The notes under the pieces were generated by a model that saw only the letters and a list, made by a program, of their open reading frames with translations, was not told where the DNA came from and made no database searches. The translations under genes were made by a program, and so were the position numbers. 64,000 nt of DNA from NCBI GenBank assembly GCA_005787525.1, contig SYAR01000005.1, positions 7,475-71,474 of the forward strand, read 5' to 3'. This document shows, in pieces, positions 9,487 through 20,481 of this stretch (positions are counted from its first letter, which is position 1; each line of letters starts with the position of its first letter). The stretch is from Rickettsiales bacterium (GTDB lineage: Bacteria > Pseudomonadota > Alphaproteobacteria > Rickettsiales > UBA1997).

Positions 9487-10089
9487 TTAATTTTCTAAAA
9501 TTTTATTACAAATTTTCTTTAAAGTTAATGGATAAATCTCATGCTCTTTAATTAAAATTTTTTGCGATAAGGTTTCGATATTATCATCTGGAGCGATTGG
9601 CATTTGAGCCTGGATTATGATTGGTCCCGCATCCATTTCGACCGAAACAAAATGAGTGGTGCAACCTGAAATTTTAACTCCAGATTTCAAAGCATCTTCA
9701 ACCGCATTTGCTCCCTTAAAATCAGGAAGCAAAGATGGATGAATATTGATTATTTTATTATGCCATTTATTGACAAACCATTCAGAGAGTATTCTCATAA
9801 AGCCTGCCAAACAAATTATTTCTACATCATATTTTATAATTTCTTGATGCAAAGCCTTATCAAATTCTTCGCGGGGATTTTCAAATTTTGTAAAATTTTT
9901 ATGCTCAATAACAAAAGTTTTAATTGATTTTGATTTGGCAAACTCAAGCCCTAAGGCATTGTTTTTATTGGCTCCAACTACTATTATTTCGGCGGGAAAA
10001 TTTGGATTTTCGCAAGCTTCGATCAATTTTTGCATGTTTGATCCGCGTCCCGAAATTAATATCGCTACTTTAATTTTTCGCTTCAGCAT
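9487..10089 (-). CDS. purN: phosphoribosylglycinamide formyltransferase
   Basis: 200 aa with ILISGRGSN, NIHPSLLP and GCTTHFV motifs. Confidence 0.9.
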   Translation of the reverse strand: MLKRKIKVAILISGRGSNMQKLIEACENPNFPAEIIVVGANKNNALGLEFAKSKSIKTFVIEHKNFTKFENPREEFDKALHQEIIKYDVEIICLAGFMRILSEWFVNKWHNKIINIHPSLLPDFKGANAVEDALKSGVKISGCTTHFVSVEMDAGPIIIQAQMPIAPDDNIETLSQKILIKEHEIYPLTLKKICNKILEN

Positions 10090-10778
10090 TAAAATAAACT
10101 ATTTAAAGATTCAAACATTAAATTGCCGTCATTTGAACCGGTGTTTTTATCAACTGCCCGTTCAGGATGAGGCATCATTCCTAAAATATTTTTTGATTCA
10201 TTAAAAACTCCGGCAATGTTAAAAATTGAGCCATTTGGATTTGAATCGTCAGAAACATTACCATTCTCATCAACATAGCGGAAAGCCACCAAGCCTTTAT
10301 CTTCAATCATTTTAATTACATTTGGTTCGGCAAAATAATTGCCATCCATATGAGCGATTGGAATTTTAATAATTTGACGATTTTTGTATTTTTTAGTGAA
10401 GTCGGAGTCATTATTTTCAACTCTTAAATTGACTTGACGACAAATGAATTTCATTTTTTTATTACGCATCAAAACCCCTGGTAATAAATTACTTTCGGTC
10501 AGAATTTGAAAACCATTGCAAATTCCAAGAATTCTAACGCCTTTTTTCGAAAGCCTTTCAACCTCTTTCATTATTGGTGAAATACTTGCCATAGCACCGC
10601 TTCGGAGATAATCGCCGAAAGAAAATCCACCAGGAACAACGATTAAATCGAGATCATTATCGAGCGAAGTTTCGGTATGCCAAAGACGTTGAATTTTGGT
10701 GCTTACTTTTTGTAAAGCAACGACGGCGTCGCGATCACAATTGGAACCAGGAAAGGTTATAACGGCAGATTTCATCAT
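10089..10778 (-). CDS. purQ: FGAM synthase, glutaminase subunit
   Basis: 229 aa class-I glutamine amidotransferase with GICNGFQ (catalytic Cys) and a C-terminal HPER motif. Confidence 0.9.
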   Translation of the reverse strand: MMKSAVITFPGSNCDRDAVVALQKVSTKIQRLWHTETSLDNDLDLIVVPGGFSFGDYLRSGAMASISPIMKEVERLSKKGVRILGICNGFQILTESNLLPGVLMRNKKMKFICRQVNLRVENNDSDFTKKYKNRQIIKIPIAHMDGNYFAEPNVIKMIEDKGLVAFRYVDENGNVSDDSNPNGSIFNIAGVFNESKNILGMMPHPERAVDKNTGSNDGNLMFESLNSLF

Positions 10779-10790
10779 TTAAAAATTGAG

Positions 10791-11039
10791 TTAATTTTTT
10801 AAGATTTGATAAGAGTAATCTTCGATAATTTTGTTAACCAATAATTTATCACAAATGTCGTCGACGATATTTTTAATTTTATCTTGATCATTTTCATTAA
10901 TCTCGATATCGACAAATTTTCCTTGACGAACATTAGAAATTTGTGAATAACCAAGATTTTTGTTCAAAGAGGCTTCGATTGCCTTTCCTTGAGTATCTAA
11001 AACGGCTTTTTTAAGGGCAATATTAATTCTGATTTGCAT
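10791..11039 (-). CDS. purS: FGAM synthase subunit PurS
   Basis: 82 aa, placed between purC and purQ, with typical PurS size and a VLDTQG motif. Confidence 0.8.
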   Translation of the reverse strand: MQIRINIALKKAVLDTQGKAIEASLNKNLGYSQISNVRQGKFVDIEINENDQDKIKNIVDDICDKLLVNKIIEDYSYQILKN

Positions 11040-11042
11040 AAT

Positions 11043-11765
11043 TTAAAAATTAATTTTTAAGCGATTCGCAACTTCTTGATAAGCTTCAACCAAGCCACCT
11101 AAATCACGACGAAAACGATCTTTATCAAGTTTTTCGGAAGTGTTTTCGTCCCATAATCTACAACTATCGGGACTAATTTCATCCGCCAATAAAATTTGAT
11201 TTTTATTTTCTATATCAAAACCAAATTCAATTTTAAAATCAACTAATTTAATTTTAATATCTTTAAATATTTTTTGTAAAATTTTGTTAATTTTTAGAGA
11301 ATAATCTTTAATTTCTTGCAACTGATTTTTGTTAATAATTTTCAAAACATTAATGGCGTGATCATCGTTGATTAAGGGGTCGCCAAGCTCATCATCTTTG
11401 TAGCAAATTTCAAAAATTGGAGCTAATATTTCGCGACCTTCTTCGATGCCAAGCCTTTTTGCCATTGAGCCGGCAGATATATTGCGAATTATAACTTCGA
11501 GTGGAATAATTTTGACTTTTTTAATTAATTGTTCACGCGCATCGAGCCTTTTTATGAAATGAGTTGGAATATTTTCTTTGGCAAGTTCAAGCATTATAAA
11601 CTCAGAAATAACATTATTTAAAACGCCCTTCCCTTCAATCACAGCCTTCTTCTGAGCGTTAAAAGCGGTGGCATCATCTTTGAAATATTGTACTAAAAAA
11701 TTTGCATTTTCAGTCGAATAAAGAATCTTGGCTTTGCCTTCATATATTTTGTCAATTTTTTGCAT
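11043..11765 (-). CDS. purC: SAICAR synthase
   Basis: 240 aa with YEGKAK, LIPLEVIIRN and DKDRFR motifs. Confidence 0.9.
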   Translation of the reverse strand: MQKIDKIYEGKAKILYSTENANFLVQYFKDDATAFNAQKKAVIEGKGVLNNVISEFIMLELAKENIPTHFIKRLDAREQLIKKVKIIPLEVIIRNISAGSMAKRLGIEEGREILAPIFEICYKDDELGDPLINDDHAINVLKIINKNQLQEIKDYSLKINKILQKIFKDIKIKLVDFKIEFGFDIENKNQILLADEISPDSCRLWDENTSEKLDKDRFRRDLGGLVEAYQEVANRLKINF

Positions 11766-11789
11766 TTTATTCTCTAAAAAATATTAAAA

Positions 11790-12644
11790 TTATTCCCATT
11801 TGGCGATTGGTGGTAAAGACATGAGAATTGCTTCAACATTGCCTCCCGTCATAAGTCCAAAGCGAGTTCCGCGATCGTAAACTAAATTAAATTCCGCATA
11901 AAGTCCACGTTTATTTAATTGAATTTCACGTTGTTGTTCGGTGAATTTTTTTGACATATGTCGACGCACAATCTTAGGATAAATATCTAAAAAAGCCAAG
12001 CCAATATTTTTAGTGAATTCAAAATCATTCTCAAAATTTTCGGTGTTTAAATAATCATAAAAAATCCCACCAACTCCTCTGGCAACATTGCGATGTTTAA
12101 TAAAAAAATATTCATCACACCATTTTTTATATTTTTCGTAATAAGTTAAATCAGTCGAATCGCAAGCTTTTTTTAAAGAAGCGTGAAAATCGATAGTATC
12201 TTGGGGATTCTCAATGGCGGGGTTGAGGTCAGTTCCGCCACCAAACCAAGTTTTTTGAGTGCAAATAAAGCGTGTATTTAAATGAATGGCAGGAACTAGA
12301 GGCGACTTCATGTGTGCCACTAATGAAATCCCGCTTGCCCAAAATCTTGGATCTTCTTTGGCTCCGGGAATTTCATTGCGAAATTCAGGACTAAATTCGC
12401 CGTAAACTTCGGAAAAATTTACGCCAACTTTTTCAAAAACATTGCCTTTCATTGATGACATTTCGCCATATCCACCATCACTATCAGGGTTTGACTTTTC
12501 TTTGCGATTCCAATTTTTTCTTTCAAATTTTCCCGGATATTTTTTATCAAATTCTTCTTCGATTTTTTCAAATTCAAAGCAAATTCCATCGCGAAGAGAG
12601 CGAAACCAATCTGAGCATTTTTTTTGTTTTTCTTCGAGATTCAT
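11790..12644 (-). CDS. hemF: oxygen-dependent coproporphyrinogen III oxidase
   Basis: 284 aa with WFGGGTDLNP, RGVGGIFYD and YAEFNLVYDRGTRFGL motifs. Confidence 0.9.
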   Translation of the reverse strand: MNLEEKQKKCSDWFRSLRDGICFEFEKIEEEFDKKYPGKFERKNWNRKEKSNPDSDGGYGEMSSMKGNVFEKVGVNFSEVYGEFSPEFRNEIPGAKEDPRFWASGISLVAHMKSPLVPAIHLNTRFICTQKTWFGGGTDLNPAIENPQDTIDFHASLKKACDSTDLTYYEKYKKWCDEYFFIKHRNVARGVGGIFYDYLNTENFENDFEFTKNIGLAFLDIYPKIVRRHMSKKFTEQQREIQLNKRGLYAEFNLVYDRGTRFGLMTGGNVEAILMSLPPIAKWE

Positions 12645-12743
12645 TTTTTAAAAAATTAAGTTTAAGCGAGGTTAAGAAAATTATTTTAAAATAAAATTTT
12701 TTAAATAAAATCAATTTTTGCTATTTAATTATTTTTTTTAAAA

Positions 12744-13991
12744 ATGAATTTAAAATCAAGTTTTTTACAAGAATTTATTGAACGTGGATATTTGGCGCAA
12801 TGTACAGATTTATCTAAGCTTGATGAAATTTTTTTACAAGAAAAAATAACGGCTTATATTGGTTTTGATTGCACCGCAAAAACTCTTCATGTTGGCAGTT
12901 TAATTCAAATCATGATTTTAAGATTGCTTGAAAAGCATGGTCATAAAGCCATAATTTTACTTGGAGGCGGAACCACAAAAATCGGCGATCCTTCTGGCAA
13001 GGATGATGCGAGGCAAATCTTAGATTCGTATAAAATTAATGAAAACCTCACTGGCATTCACAAAACTTTACAAAAATTTATAAATTTTCAAGAAAATAAA
13101 TCAATTCTTATCGATAATGATGTTTGGTTAAAAAATCTTAATTATGTTGAATTTTTACGCGAAGTTGGTAAACATTTTTCGATTAATCGCATGCTTACTT
13201 TTGATTCGGTTAAATCAAGGCTCGAGCGCGAGCAACCACTATCATTTCTTGAGTTTAATTATATGATTTTGCAGGCATTTGATTTTTATGAACTTCATAA
13301 AAATTATGATTGTATCTTACAAATTGGCGGTTCGGATCAATGGGGAAACATTATTAATGGAGTTGAATTGATTAGAAAAATGAGCTTTGAAAAGGGCTTG
13401 TCTGTCAAGCAATCTGAAGCCTTTGGCTTAACTTCGCCATTATTAACAACTTTTGATGGCAAAAAAATGGGAAAAACTGCTGAAGGTGCGGTTTGGCTTG
13501 ATGAAGCTATGCTTGCACCCTTTGACTATTTTCAATATTTCCGCAATACTCACGATGGCGATGTGATAAAATTTTTAAAATTATTCACCGATTTATCACT
13601 CGAAGAAATTAAAAAACTTGAAAATTTGCAAGGGCAAGAACTTAATAAGGCCAAGGAAATTCTGGCTTTTGAGACAACTAAAATTTGTCATGGCGAAGAA
13701 ATTGCCAATCAAGTTTTAAACAAGGCTCGAGAAATTTTTTTACAAAAAAATGTTGAAGCATTTGAAGAAAAAATCATTGCAATTGAAGAAAATAATCCCA
13801 AAAAATTAGTTGAAATAATTTTTGAGATTAAAGCTACAGAATCTAAGGCTGATGCTAAAAGATTAATTGAGGGAAAAGCCGTTAAAATTAATAATGAAAT
13901 TATTTTTGACGTCAATCACTCGATCAATAATAAAAATCCTTTCGAGTTATCGATTGGCAAAAAAAAATTTTTTAAAATTATAATCAAATAA
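12744..13991 (+). CDS. tyrS: tyrosine--tRNA ligase
   Basis: 415 aa with a HIGH-type motif (LHVGSL), a KMSKS-type motif (KMGKT) and a C-terminal S4-like domain. Confidence 0.9.
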   Translation: MNLKSSFLQEFIERGYLAQCTDLSKLDEIFLQEKITAYIGFDCTAKTLHVGSLIQIMILRLLEKHGHKAIILLGGGTTKIGDPSGKDDARQILDSYKINENLTGIHKTLQKFINFQENKSILIDNDVWLKNLNYVEFLREVGKHFSINRMLTFDSVKSRLEREQPLSFLEFNYMILQAFDFYELHKNYDCILQIGGSDQWGNIINGVELIRKMSFEKGLSVKQSEAFGLTSPLLTTFDGKKMGKTAEGAVWLDEAMLAPFDYFQYFRNTHDGDVIKFLKLFTDLSLEEIKKLENLQGQELNKAKEILAFETTKICHGEEIANQVLNKAREIFLQKNVEAFEEKIIAIEENNPKKLVEIIFEIKATESKADAKRLIEGKAVKINNEIIFDVNHSINNKNPFELSIGKKKFFKIIIK

Positions 13992-13992
13992 A

Positions 13993-14970
13993 ATGACAAA
14001 TAAAATAATAGGAATTGGCAATGCCATCGTTGATTTTCTAGCTAAAGCGGATGATAATTTTTTGCAAAAACTCCAAGTTGATAAAGGTTCGATGCGTTTA
14101 ATTGATGAAATTTTTGTCGAAAATTTAAGTAATTTATCGATTGAAAAATTTAGTTCTGGAGGTTCGGTCGGAAACACAATTGCAACTCTTGCTCAACTTG
14201 GCAATGAAGTTGATTTTATTGGCGTTGTTGGCGATGACGACACCGGCAAAAAATTTATTGATGATATTGAAAAAAGTGGTGCAATTTTTAATGGAAAAAT
14301 TTTATCAAATCAAAAAACTGCTTCTTCATTTATTTTGGTAACACCAGATGCTCAACGCACCATGCTCACTCATTTGGGTTGCGCTTCTAAAATTGAAGAA
14401 TCTCATTTTAATCAAAAAGATTTTTCTAATGCTAAAATTTTATATATTGAAGGATATTTGTGGGACGCTTCGCAAACTATTTTGGCATTAAAAAAATCTA
14501 TCGATTTGGCGAAGAAAAATAATGTAAAAATTGCCTTTTCTTTATCCGATTCTTTTTGCGTTGATCGGCATCATCAAGATTTTTTAAACTTAATAAAAAA
14601 TGATGTCGATATATTGTTTGCAAATGAAGCTGAAGCTTTAAAATTAGCCCAATTAGAGAGTTTTAATCAAGAAAATATTCTACAATTTTTTATAAAATTA
14701 AACCCCAATATTATTGTCGCATTAACCAGAAGCGAGAAGGGTTGTATAATTATTGATAAAGATAAAATTTTAGAAATTTCTACAAAAAAAGTTGAAAAAA
14801 TTGTTGACACTACAGGAGCGGGCGATAATTTTGCCAGCGGATTTTTATTTTATTTTGTGCGTAATTTTGATCTACAAAAATGTGGAGAATTTGGCAATCT
14901 TCTTGCTGGAAAAATAATTCAACAATTTGGGGCCAGATTTAATGCCGATGAAATAAAATTATTAAAATAA
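13993..14970 (+). CDS. PfkB-family carbohydrate/adenosine kinase
   Basis: 325 aa with the PfkB signature DTTGAGDNFASGF near the C-terminus. Confidence 0.8.
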   Translation: MTNKIIGIGNAIVDFLAKADDNFLQKLQVDKGSMRLIDEIFVENLSNLSIEKFSSGGSVGNTIATLAQLGNEVDFIGVVGDDDTGKKFIDDIEKSGAIFNGKILSNQKTASSFILVTPDAQRTMLTHLGCASKIEESHFNQKDFSNAKILYIEGYLWDASQTILALKKSIDLAKKNNVKIAFSLSDSFCVDRHHQDFLNLIKNDVDILFANEAEALKLAQLESFNQENILQFFIKLNPNIIVALTRSEKGCIIIDKDKILEISTKKVEKIVDTTGAGDNFASGFLFYFVRNFDLQKCGEFGNLLAGKIIQQFGARFNADEIKLLK

Positions 14971-14976
14971 ATTTTT

Positions 14977-16419
14977 TTGAAAATGACTCTGTGGACTACA
15001 AAAGAAATAGCTGAAGCACTTATTGATGAATTAAAAAATTCAATTAATAATCCTGAAAATTTATTGATAGAAAATGTTTTTATCGATAGTCGTAAAAAAG
15101 TTTTTGCTGGGCTTTTTATTGCTCTTAAAGGCGAAAATACCGATGGTCATAAATATCTTGCTCAAGCCTTTGAAAATGGGGCTAATTTTGCGATTGTTGA
15201 TCAAATTCCTGAAGAAATTAAAAATTCTGACTTTGCTTTACGCTTAATTTTGGTAAAAAATACTTATAAAGCACTCGATAAACTTGCCGAATTTTCACGA
15301 AAAAGAACTAAAGCAAAAATCATCGCCCTAACTGGTAGCGTTGGCAAAACTGGCACTAAAGAAATGCTGAAAATGGCATTTTCAACGCAAGGAAAAACTT
15401 TTGCTAATTCAGGAAATTTTAATAATCACATTGGCTTACCGCTTTCATTATCAAACCTCGAAGCTGATTGCGAATATGCTATTTTCGAGATGGGAATGAA
15501 TCATTTAAATGAAATAATTCATCTTTCAAAAATTGCTCGTCCACATGTTGCGATCATTACCAATGTTGGTCCGGTCCATATTGAGTTTTTCAAAAATGAA
15601 CAAGAAATTGCTTTGGCAAAATCTGAAATTTTTGCTGGTTTAGAAGAAAATGGCATTGTTATTCTAAACGCCGATAATATTCATTTTGAATTTTTAAAAA
15701 AACAGGCTGAATCTTACAAAATAAACGATTCAAGCATAATTTCTTTTGGCGCTAAAAATCAAGCTGATTATAAAATTAATGAAATTTCAATTGCCGAGTC
15801 TTCACTTTCTAAGATAGAAGCTAAAACAAAAAATTCTCAAAAAATTTCCTACCTTACGGGATGCTCAAATTATGCGGTTAATTTCAACTCAATAATAGTT
15901 GTTGCTTGCCTCGATTTAATTGGTAAAGATTTAAATTCTGGATTATCGATTTTAAAAAATTTTTCTAGCTCGGAAGGGCGTGGTAAAGTAAGTGATATAA
16001 TGGTTGATGGTAAAAAAATTACTTTAATCGACGACACTTACAACGCCAGTATTTTATCAATGAAAGCTGGATTACAAAATTGTGAAAAATTAAAAAATAT
16101 TTTGCATAAAAAAAGAATGATTTGTGCCCTTGGCGATATGCTAGAACTCGGCGAAAAATCTCACGAAATTCATCGTGAAGTTTTGGATTTTGTCAAAGAA
16201 AAAAACTTCGACCAAATTATTTTGGTTGGCAAACAAATGGATGCAGTTAACCAAGATGTTAAATTAAAAAATTCTAAAAATTACCTTGATTCAACTTTGG
16301 CAAGTTTAGAATTTTCTGAAATTTTAAATGATGGCGATATCGTTTATTTAAAAGGTTCTCGCGGTATTAAAATGGAAAAAATTATTGAAAAATTAACTTT
16401 AAAAACCAGTGCTCACTAG
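14977..16419 (+). CDS. murF: UDP-N-acetylmuramoyl-tripeptide--D-alanyl-D-alanine ligase
   Basis: 480 aa with a TTG start, the Mur ligase P-loop LTGSVGKTGTKE and the DDTYNAS motif. It overlaps mraY by 11 nt. Confidence 0.85.
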   Translation: MKMTLWTTKEIAEALIDELKNSINNPENLLIENVFIDSRKKVFAGLFIALKGENTDGHKYLAQAFENGANFAIVDQIPEEIKNSDFALRLILVKNTYKALDKLAEFSRKRTKAKIIALTGSVGKTGTKEMLKMAFSTQGKTFANSGNFNNHIGLPLSLSNLEADCEYAIFEMGMNHLNEIIHLSKIARPHVAIITNVGPVHIEFFKNEQEIALAKSEIFAGLEENGIVILNADNIHFEFLKKQAESYKINDSSIISFGAKNQADYKINEISIAESSLSKIEAKTKNSQKISYLTGCSNYAVNFNSIIVVACLDLIGKDLNSGLSILKNFSSSEGRGKVSDIMVDGKKITLIDDTYNASILSMKAGLQNCEKLKNILHKKRMICALGDMLELGEKSHEIHREVLDFVKEKNFDQIILVGKQMDAVNQDVKLKNSKNYLDSTLASLEFSEILNDGDIVYLKGSRGIKMEKIIEKLTLKTSAH

Positions 16420-17461
16420 TCTCTTAATTTTTAAAAATTTATGGCTTAAAGCCTTTATTTGTCTAGCATCTTCCTATTTAATAGGTTTTTTTTCAATTCG
16501 TAAATATATTGCGATAATGAATAAAAAAAATCTATTCCAACCTATTCGTTCCGACGGTCCCGAATCACATTTGAAAAATAAAAAACGCACCCCAACCATG
16601 GGTGGAATTTTTATAGTTTTAGCAACTTTAATAACCACTTTTTTATTCATCGACATTTTTAATCGCTATATTTTAGTGATTTGCTCAATCATGATTTGCT
16701 TTGCCTCGATTGGTTTGGTCGATGATTTAATGAAAGTTGTTTTTAAAAATACCAAAGGTTTTCGTGGCAGTTATCGCATTATCATTCAATTTGCGATTAT
16801 TGGTTTGGCCTTTCTCTGGCTTAATTTGATTGATCCAATTCATGCTACGGGCGATATATTTTTTCCACTCGGATCGCATCATTATTTAACTCTGAATTTA
16901 TCAATTTATATAATTTTTGTAACGATTGTAATAGTTGGTTCATCGAACGCCGTCAATTTAACCGATGGTTTAGATGGCTTAGTTTCGATGCCGGCGATTA
17001 TAAATTTAATTTGTTTAATATTATTAATTCACGCCTCATCAACTCGCGAATTGGCTTCTAAATTCAATGTTCCGCATGTTTTATTTTCAGGTGAACTTAT
17101 ATTTTTTTGCATAGCTTTGATCGGTTCGATTTTAGCTTTTTTAACTTTTAATTTAAAGCCCGCCAAAATATTTATGGGTGATGTCGGAAGCCTTGGAATC
17201 GGCTCCGTTCTTGGCATGATCGCCATAATTGTTAAACAAGAATTTGTCTTTTTCTTAATTTCACTTTTATTCGTCGCTGAAGCGGTTTCGGTTATTTTAC
17301 AAGTCGGCTCTTACAAATTACGCAAAAAAAGAATTTTTTTAATGGCACCACTTCATCATCATTTTGAAAAATTAGGATGGGGAGAGCAAAAAGTAGTTTA
17401 TAGCTTCTGGGCTTATTCCGCAATATTCGCCATCATTGGAACTTTAGTTTTTTTATATTAA
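16409..17461 (+). CDS. mraY: phospho-N-acetylmuramoyl-pentapeptide transferase
   Basis: 350 aa polytopic protein with a GTG start and the NAVNLTDGLDGL, MGDVGSLGIG and APLHHHFE motifs. Confidence 0.9.
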   Translation: MLTSLLIFKNLWLKAFICLASSYLIGFFSIRKYIAIMNKKNLFQPIRSDGPESHLKNKKRTPTMGGIFIVLATLITTFLFIDIFNRYILVICSIMICFASIGLVDDLMKVVFKNTKGFRGSYRIIIQFAIIGLAFLWLNLIDPIHATGDIFFPLGSHHYLTLNLSIYIIFVTIVIVGSSNAVNLTDGLDGLVSMPAIINLICLILLIHASSTRELASKFNVPHVLFSGELIFFCIALIGSILAFLTFNLKPAKIFMGDVGSLGIGSVLGMIAIIVKQEFVFFLISLLFVAEAVSVILQVGSYKLRKKRIFLMAPLHHHFEKLGWGEQKVVYSFWAYSAIFAIIGTLVFLY

Positions 17462-17497
17462 ATTTTTCAATAAAATTGACTCAAATAAATTAATTTT

Positions 17498-19087
17498 ATG
17501 AACAAAAAATCAAGAGTTTATCTTTATGATTCAACGCTAAGAGACGGTGCGCAGACTAGCACCGTCAATTTTTCTGTTCAAAATAAAATTGATATTGCCA
17601 AAATGCTCGATAAAATCGGCATTGATTTTATCGAAGGCGGATGGCCTGGAGCCAATCCGATCGATGATGAATTTTTTTCAAAACTTCCAAAATTAGAAAA
17701 ATCACAATTTGTGGCGTTCGGCATGACGCGACGGGTTAATAGTTCGACGGGCAATGATAACGCTCTCAACGCTTTAATTAATTCGCCAGCAAAATCAGTT
17801 TGTATCGTCGGCAAAAGTTGGGATTTCCATTTAACTCATGCTTTACATATTTCTGAGCAAGAAAATTTGGCGATGATTGCCGAATCGATTAAGCATATTG
17901 TTAAAAGAAAAAAAGTTGCCATGTTTGACGCCGAACATTTTTTTGATGGCTACAAAGCCAATCCACAATTTGCTTTAAATGTCGCCAAAACCGCTTTTGA
18001 AGCGGGTGCGAGATGGATTATTTTATGCGATACTAATGGCGGAACTTTGCCTTCTGAAATAAAATCAATTATTGCCGAAGTGGTGAAAATTATTCCCGGA
18101 GAAAATCTTGGAATTCATTGTCATAACGACACCGGCAACGCTGTGGCCAATTCAATTTGTGCAGTCGAAGCGGGAGTTCGTCAAGTTCAAGGCACGATTA
18201 ACGGTCTTGGCGAAAGATGTGGCAACGCTAATTTAACCTCAATCATCCCAACCCTTGCTTTGAAAATGGGCTATGATATTGGAATTGCCGAATCTAATTT
18301 GAAAAATTTAGTTAAAGTTTCACGTTTTCTCGATGAAATTTTAAATAAAGAAAGTGATAAATTTGCTCCTTATGTTGGTAAATATGCTTTTGCTCACAAG
18401 GGCGGTTTACATGTCTCGGCGGTAGCAAAAAACGCTAGTTCTTACGAGCATATTGATCCCGAAAAAGTTGGCAATCATCGACAAATTATGGTTTCTAATC
18501 AAGCTGGACGTTCAAATATTATAAGTCGTTTGAAAGAAATTGGATTAATCAAAAATGAAGAAAATTTAGGCGATAAAATTAGTGATTTAGTTAATATCGT
18601 TAAAGATTTGGAAACGCAAGGTTACGCCTACGATTCAGCCGATGCGAGCTTTGAAATTTTAGCCAAAAAATCCTTATCGATCGTTCCTAATTTTTTTGAA
18701 TTAGTTAGTTTTAATGTTGTTGATGAACGGACTCATGGCAAAAATGGCGAAATTATTACGATGGCGGAAGCTAAAATAAAAATAAAAATTGGCGATAAAA
18801 TTTTGATGGCAGTTTCCAAGGGCAATGGTCCTGTGAATGCTTTAGATAAAGCACTGCGTAAAGCTTTATCACGTAAATATCCAATTCTAAAAAACATCAA
18901 ATTAAGTGATTATAAAGTCAGAATTTTAACTCCTTATGATGGCACTCAAGCCATCACTCGCGTCCAAATTGAATCTTGCGATGAGAAAGGTGAAGTGTGG
19001 ACTACAATTGGAGTTTCAAAAAACATCATCGATGCTTCTTTTAGAGCACTTCACGACAGCATGACTTATTGCTTAATTCGGCAATAA
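17498..19087 (+). CDS. cimA: citramalate synthase-like (LeuA/CimA family)
   Basis: 529 aa with LYDSTLRDGAQ, HCHNDTGNAVANS and a C-terminal LeuA-dimer-like regulatory region. Length and N-terminus fit CimA better than LeuA. Confidence 0.7.
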   Translation: MNKKSRVYLYDSTLRDGAQTSTVNFSVQNKIDIAKMLDKIGIDFIEGGWPGANPIDDEFFSKLPKLEKSQFVAFGMTRRVNSSTGNDNALNALINSPAKSVCIVGKSWDFHLTHALHISEQENLAMIAESIKHIVKRKKVAMFDAEHFFDGYKANPQFALNVAKTAFEAGARWIILCDTNGGTLPSEIKSIIAEVVKIIPGENLGIHCHNDTGNAVANSICAVEAGVRQVQGTINGLGERCGNANLTSIIPTLALKMGYDIGIAESNLKNLVKVSRFLDEILNKESDKFAPYVGKYAFAHKGGLHVSAVAKNASSYEHIDPEKVGNHRQIMVSNQAGRSNIISRLKEIGLIKNEENLGDKISDLVNIVKDLETQGYAYDSADASFEILAKKSLSIVPNFFELVSFNVVDERTHGKNGEIITMAEAKIKIKIGDKILMAVSKGNGPVNALDKALRKALSRKYPILKNIKLSDYKVRILTPYDGTQAITRVQIESCDEKGEVWTTIGVSKNIIDASFRALHDSMTYCLIRQ

Positions 19088-19099
19088 TATTTTAAAATA

Positions 19100-19729
19100 T
19101 TAGAGTTGTTTGGGCTCAATAAAATTGTTTTTGTTTGTGTATATTATGCTCGTTTTTGGCTGTGTTGATTCCTTTTTATCCTTGCCGAGGCATAATTCAA
19201 AAGGAAAAATTAGAATATCTGTAAGAGCAGTAACAGAAAGGTTTAGCACATCTTCACCTGTCCTGCAAAATTGATCGAAAAAATCAAAATCATCTTTGTT
19301 TCCATGTAAGTTTTTAATTTTTACTTTTAATGAATTTTTAAGATCTGAATTGATTGCTAAATCTTTTTTTTCAATTTCAAGCAAAGTATCAATCTTTTCT
19401 TCCATTTCCGCGTTACATAACTCAAAGGCAATTTCTATTAATTCTCTATCTTGATTTTCACTGCCACTTTTTGGTAATTGATCAAGAATATTAATAATTT
19501 CTTCATCATCGGTAAAATCATTTTTAATAAAATTAATTAAATTCTCAGTAAATTTTGAGCGATTAAGATGTCTAAAACTTCTATCGATATTTTCTACCTT
19601 TTTGTTTGTTTTGCAATAAGTTAAGGAATATATATGATTGTTAGATAAGATTTTACGCAGAGGAGCGTCAACTCTTGATCCTATATAATTTGTATTTTCA
19701 TCGATTATTTTTAATGTATTTCTATGCAA
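19100..19729 (-). CDS. hypothetical protein
   Basis: 209-aa ORF with genome-typical codon usage and no recognisable motif. It converges on cimA with only a 12-bp gap. Confidence 0.5.
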   Translation of the reverse strand: MHRNTLKIIDENTNYIGSRVDAPLRKILSNNHIYSLTYCKTNKKVENIDRSFRHLNRSKFTENLINFIKNDFTDDEEIINILDQLPKSGSENQDRELIEIAFELCNAEMEEKIDTLLEIEKKDLAINSDLKNSLKVKIKNLHGNKDDFDFFDQFCRTGEDVLNLSVTALTDILIFPFELCLGKDKKESTQPKTSIIYTNKNNFIEPKQL

Positions 19730-19740
19730 TATTAGTATAA

Positions 19741-20478
19741 TTAAGTTGAAATAAATGGTTTAAATTTTTTCAAAATATCAATCAATTCTTGATGATCGAA
19801 ATAAATCGCTACGGGTCCTTGATTATCAAAGCCATTTTTTAAAATATTTTGATCGATTGTTTTAGAAATTTTAGTATTAGAATGTCCATAAATAATTGGA
19901 CAAGCGCCAAGATTATGAGCGCATTCAACATCGGCAATGGTGTCGCCAACAAACCAAATATGATGTTTTTTTGGATCGATTCCCGAGCCCATTAAGGCAA
20001 AATCGGCGGGCTCGCGACTTGGTTTGTCGGAATTGGCATCTTGAGCGCCAACTAATGAAAAAAACAAATGTTCGAGTTGTAATTTTTTAACTTCTTTGCG
20101 TAAAGTAATGCCAATTTTATTGCTTACTAAAAATTGCGGAATGTTTAAATTTTTAACAAAATTTAATAATTCAAATGAGTTTTTTAACAATGAAATTTGA
20201 GAAATATTGATGTCGTGATAGGCTTTTTTGTAGATCTCGCCTGCCCTTTCCCATTCATTGCCAAAAATTTCGGGAAATGATTCGCGCATCGATTTATGCA
20301 CCGAATCACGAACTTTTTCCAAACTCCATTCCTCGCGATTCATAATCCGCAATGTTTGATTGATGGCGTTTTTAATTAATGGCCAAGTGTCGACTAAAGT
20401 GTTGTCCCAATCGTAAATAATGGCGTCAGGCTTACGCAGATTTTTAAAATTCTCACGATTTTTTTCAAGATTAAACAT
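19741..20478 (-). CDS. HAD-superfamily hydrolase (phosphoglycolate-phosphatase-like)
   Basis: 245 aa with HAD motif I (IIYDWDNTLVDT), motif II (LVSNK) and motif III/IV (GDTIADV). Confidence 0.75.
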   Translation of the reverse strand: MFNLEKNRENFKNLRKPDAIIYDWDNTLVDTWPLIKNAINQTLRIMNREEWSLEKVRDSVHKSMRESFPEIFGNEWERAGEIYKKAYHDINISQISLLKNSFELLNFVKNLNIPQFLVSNKIGITLRKEVKKLQLEHLFFSLVGAQDANSDKPSREPADFALMGSGIDPKKHHIWFVGDTIADVECAHNLGACPIIYGHSNTKISKTIDQNILKNGFDNQGPVAIYFDHQELIDILKKFKPFIST

Positions 20479-20481
20479 ATT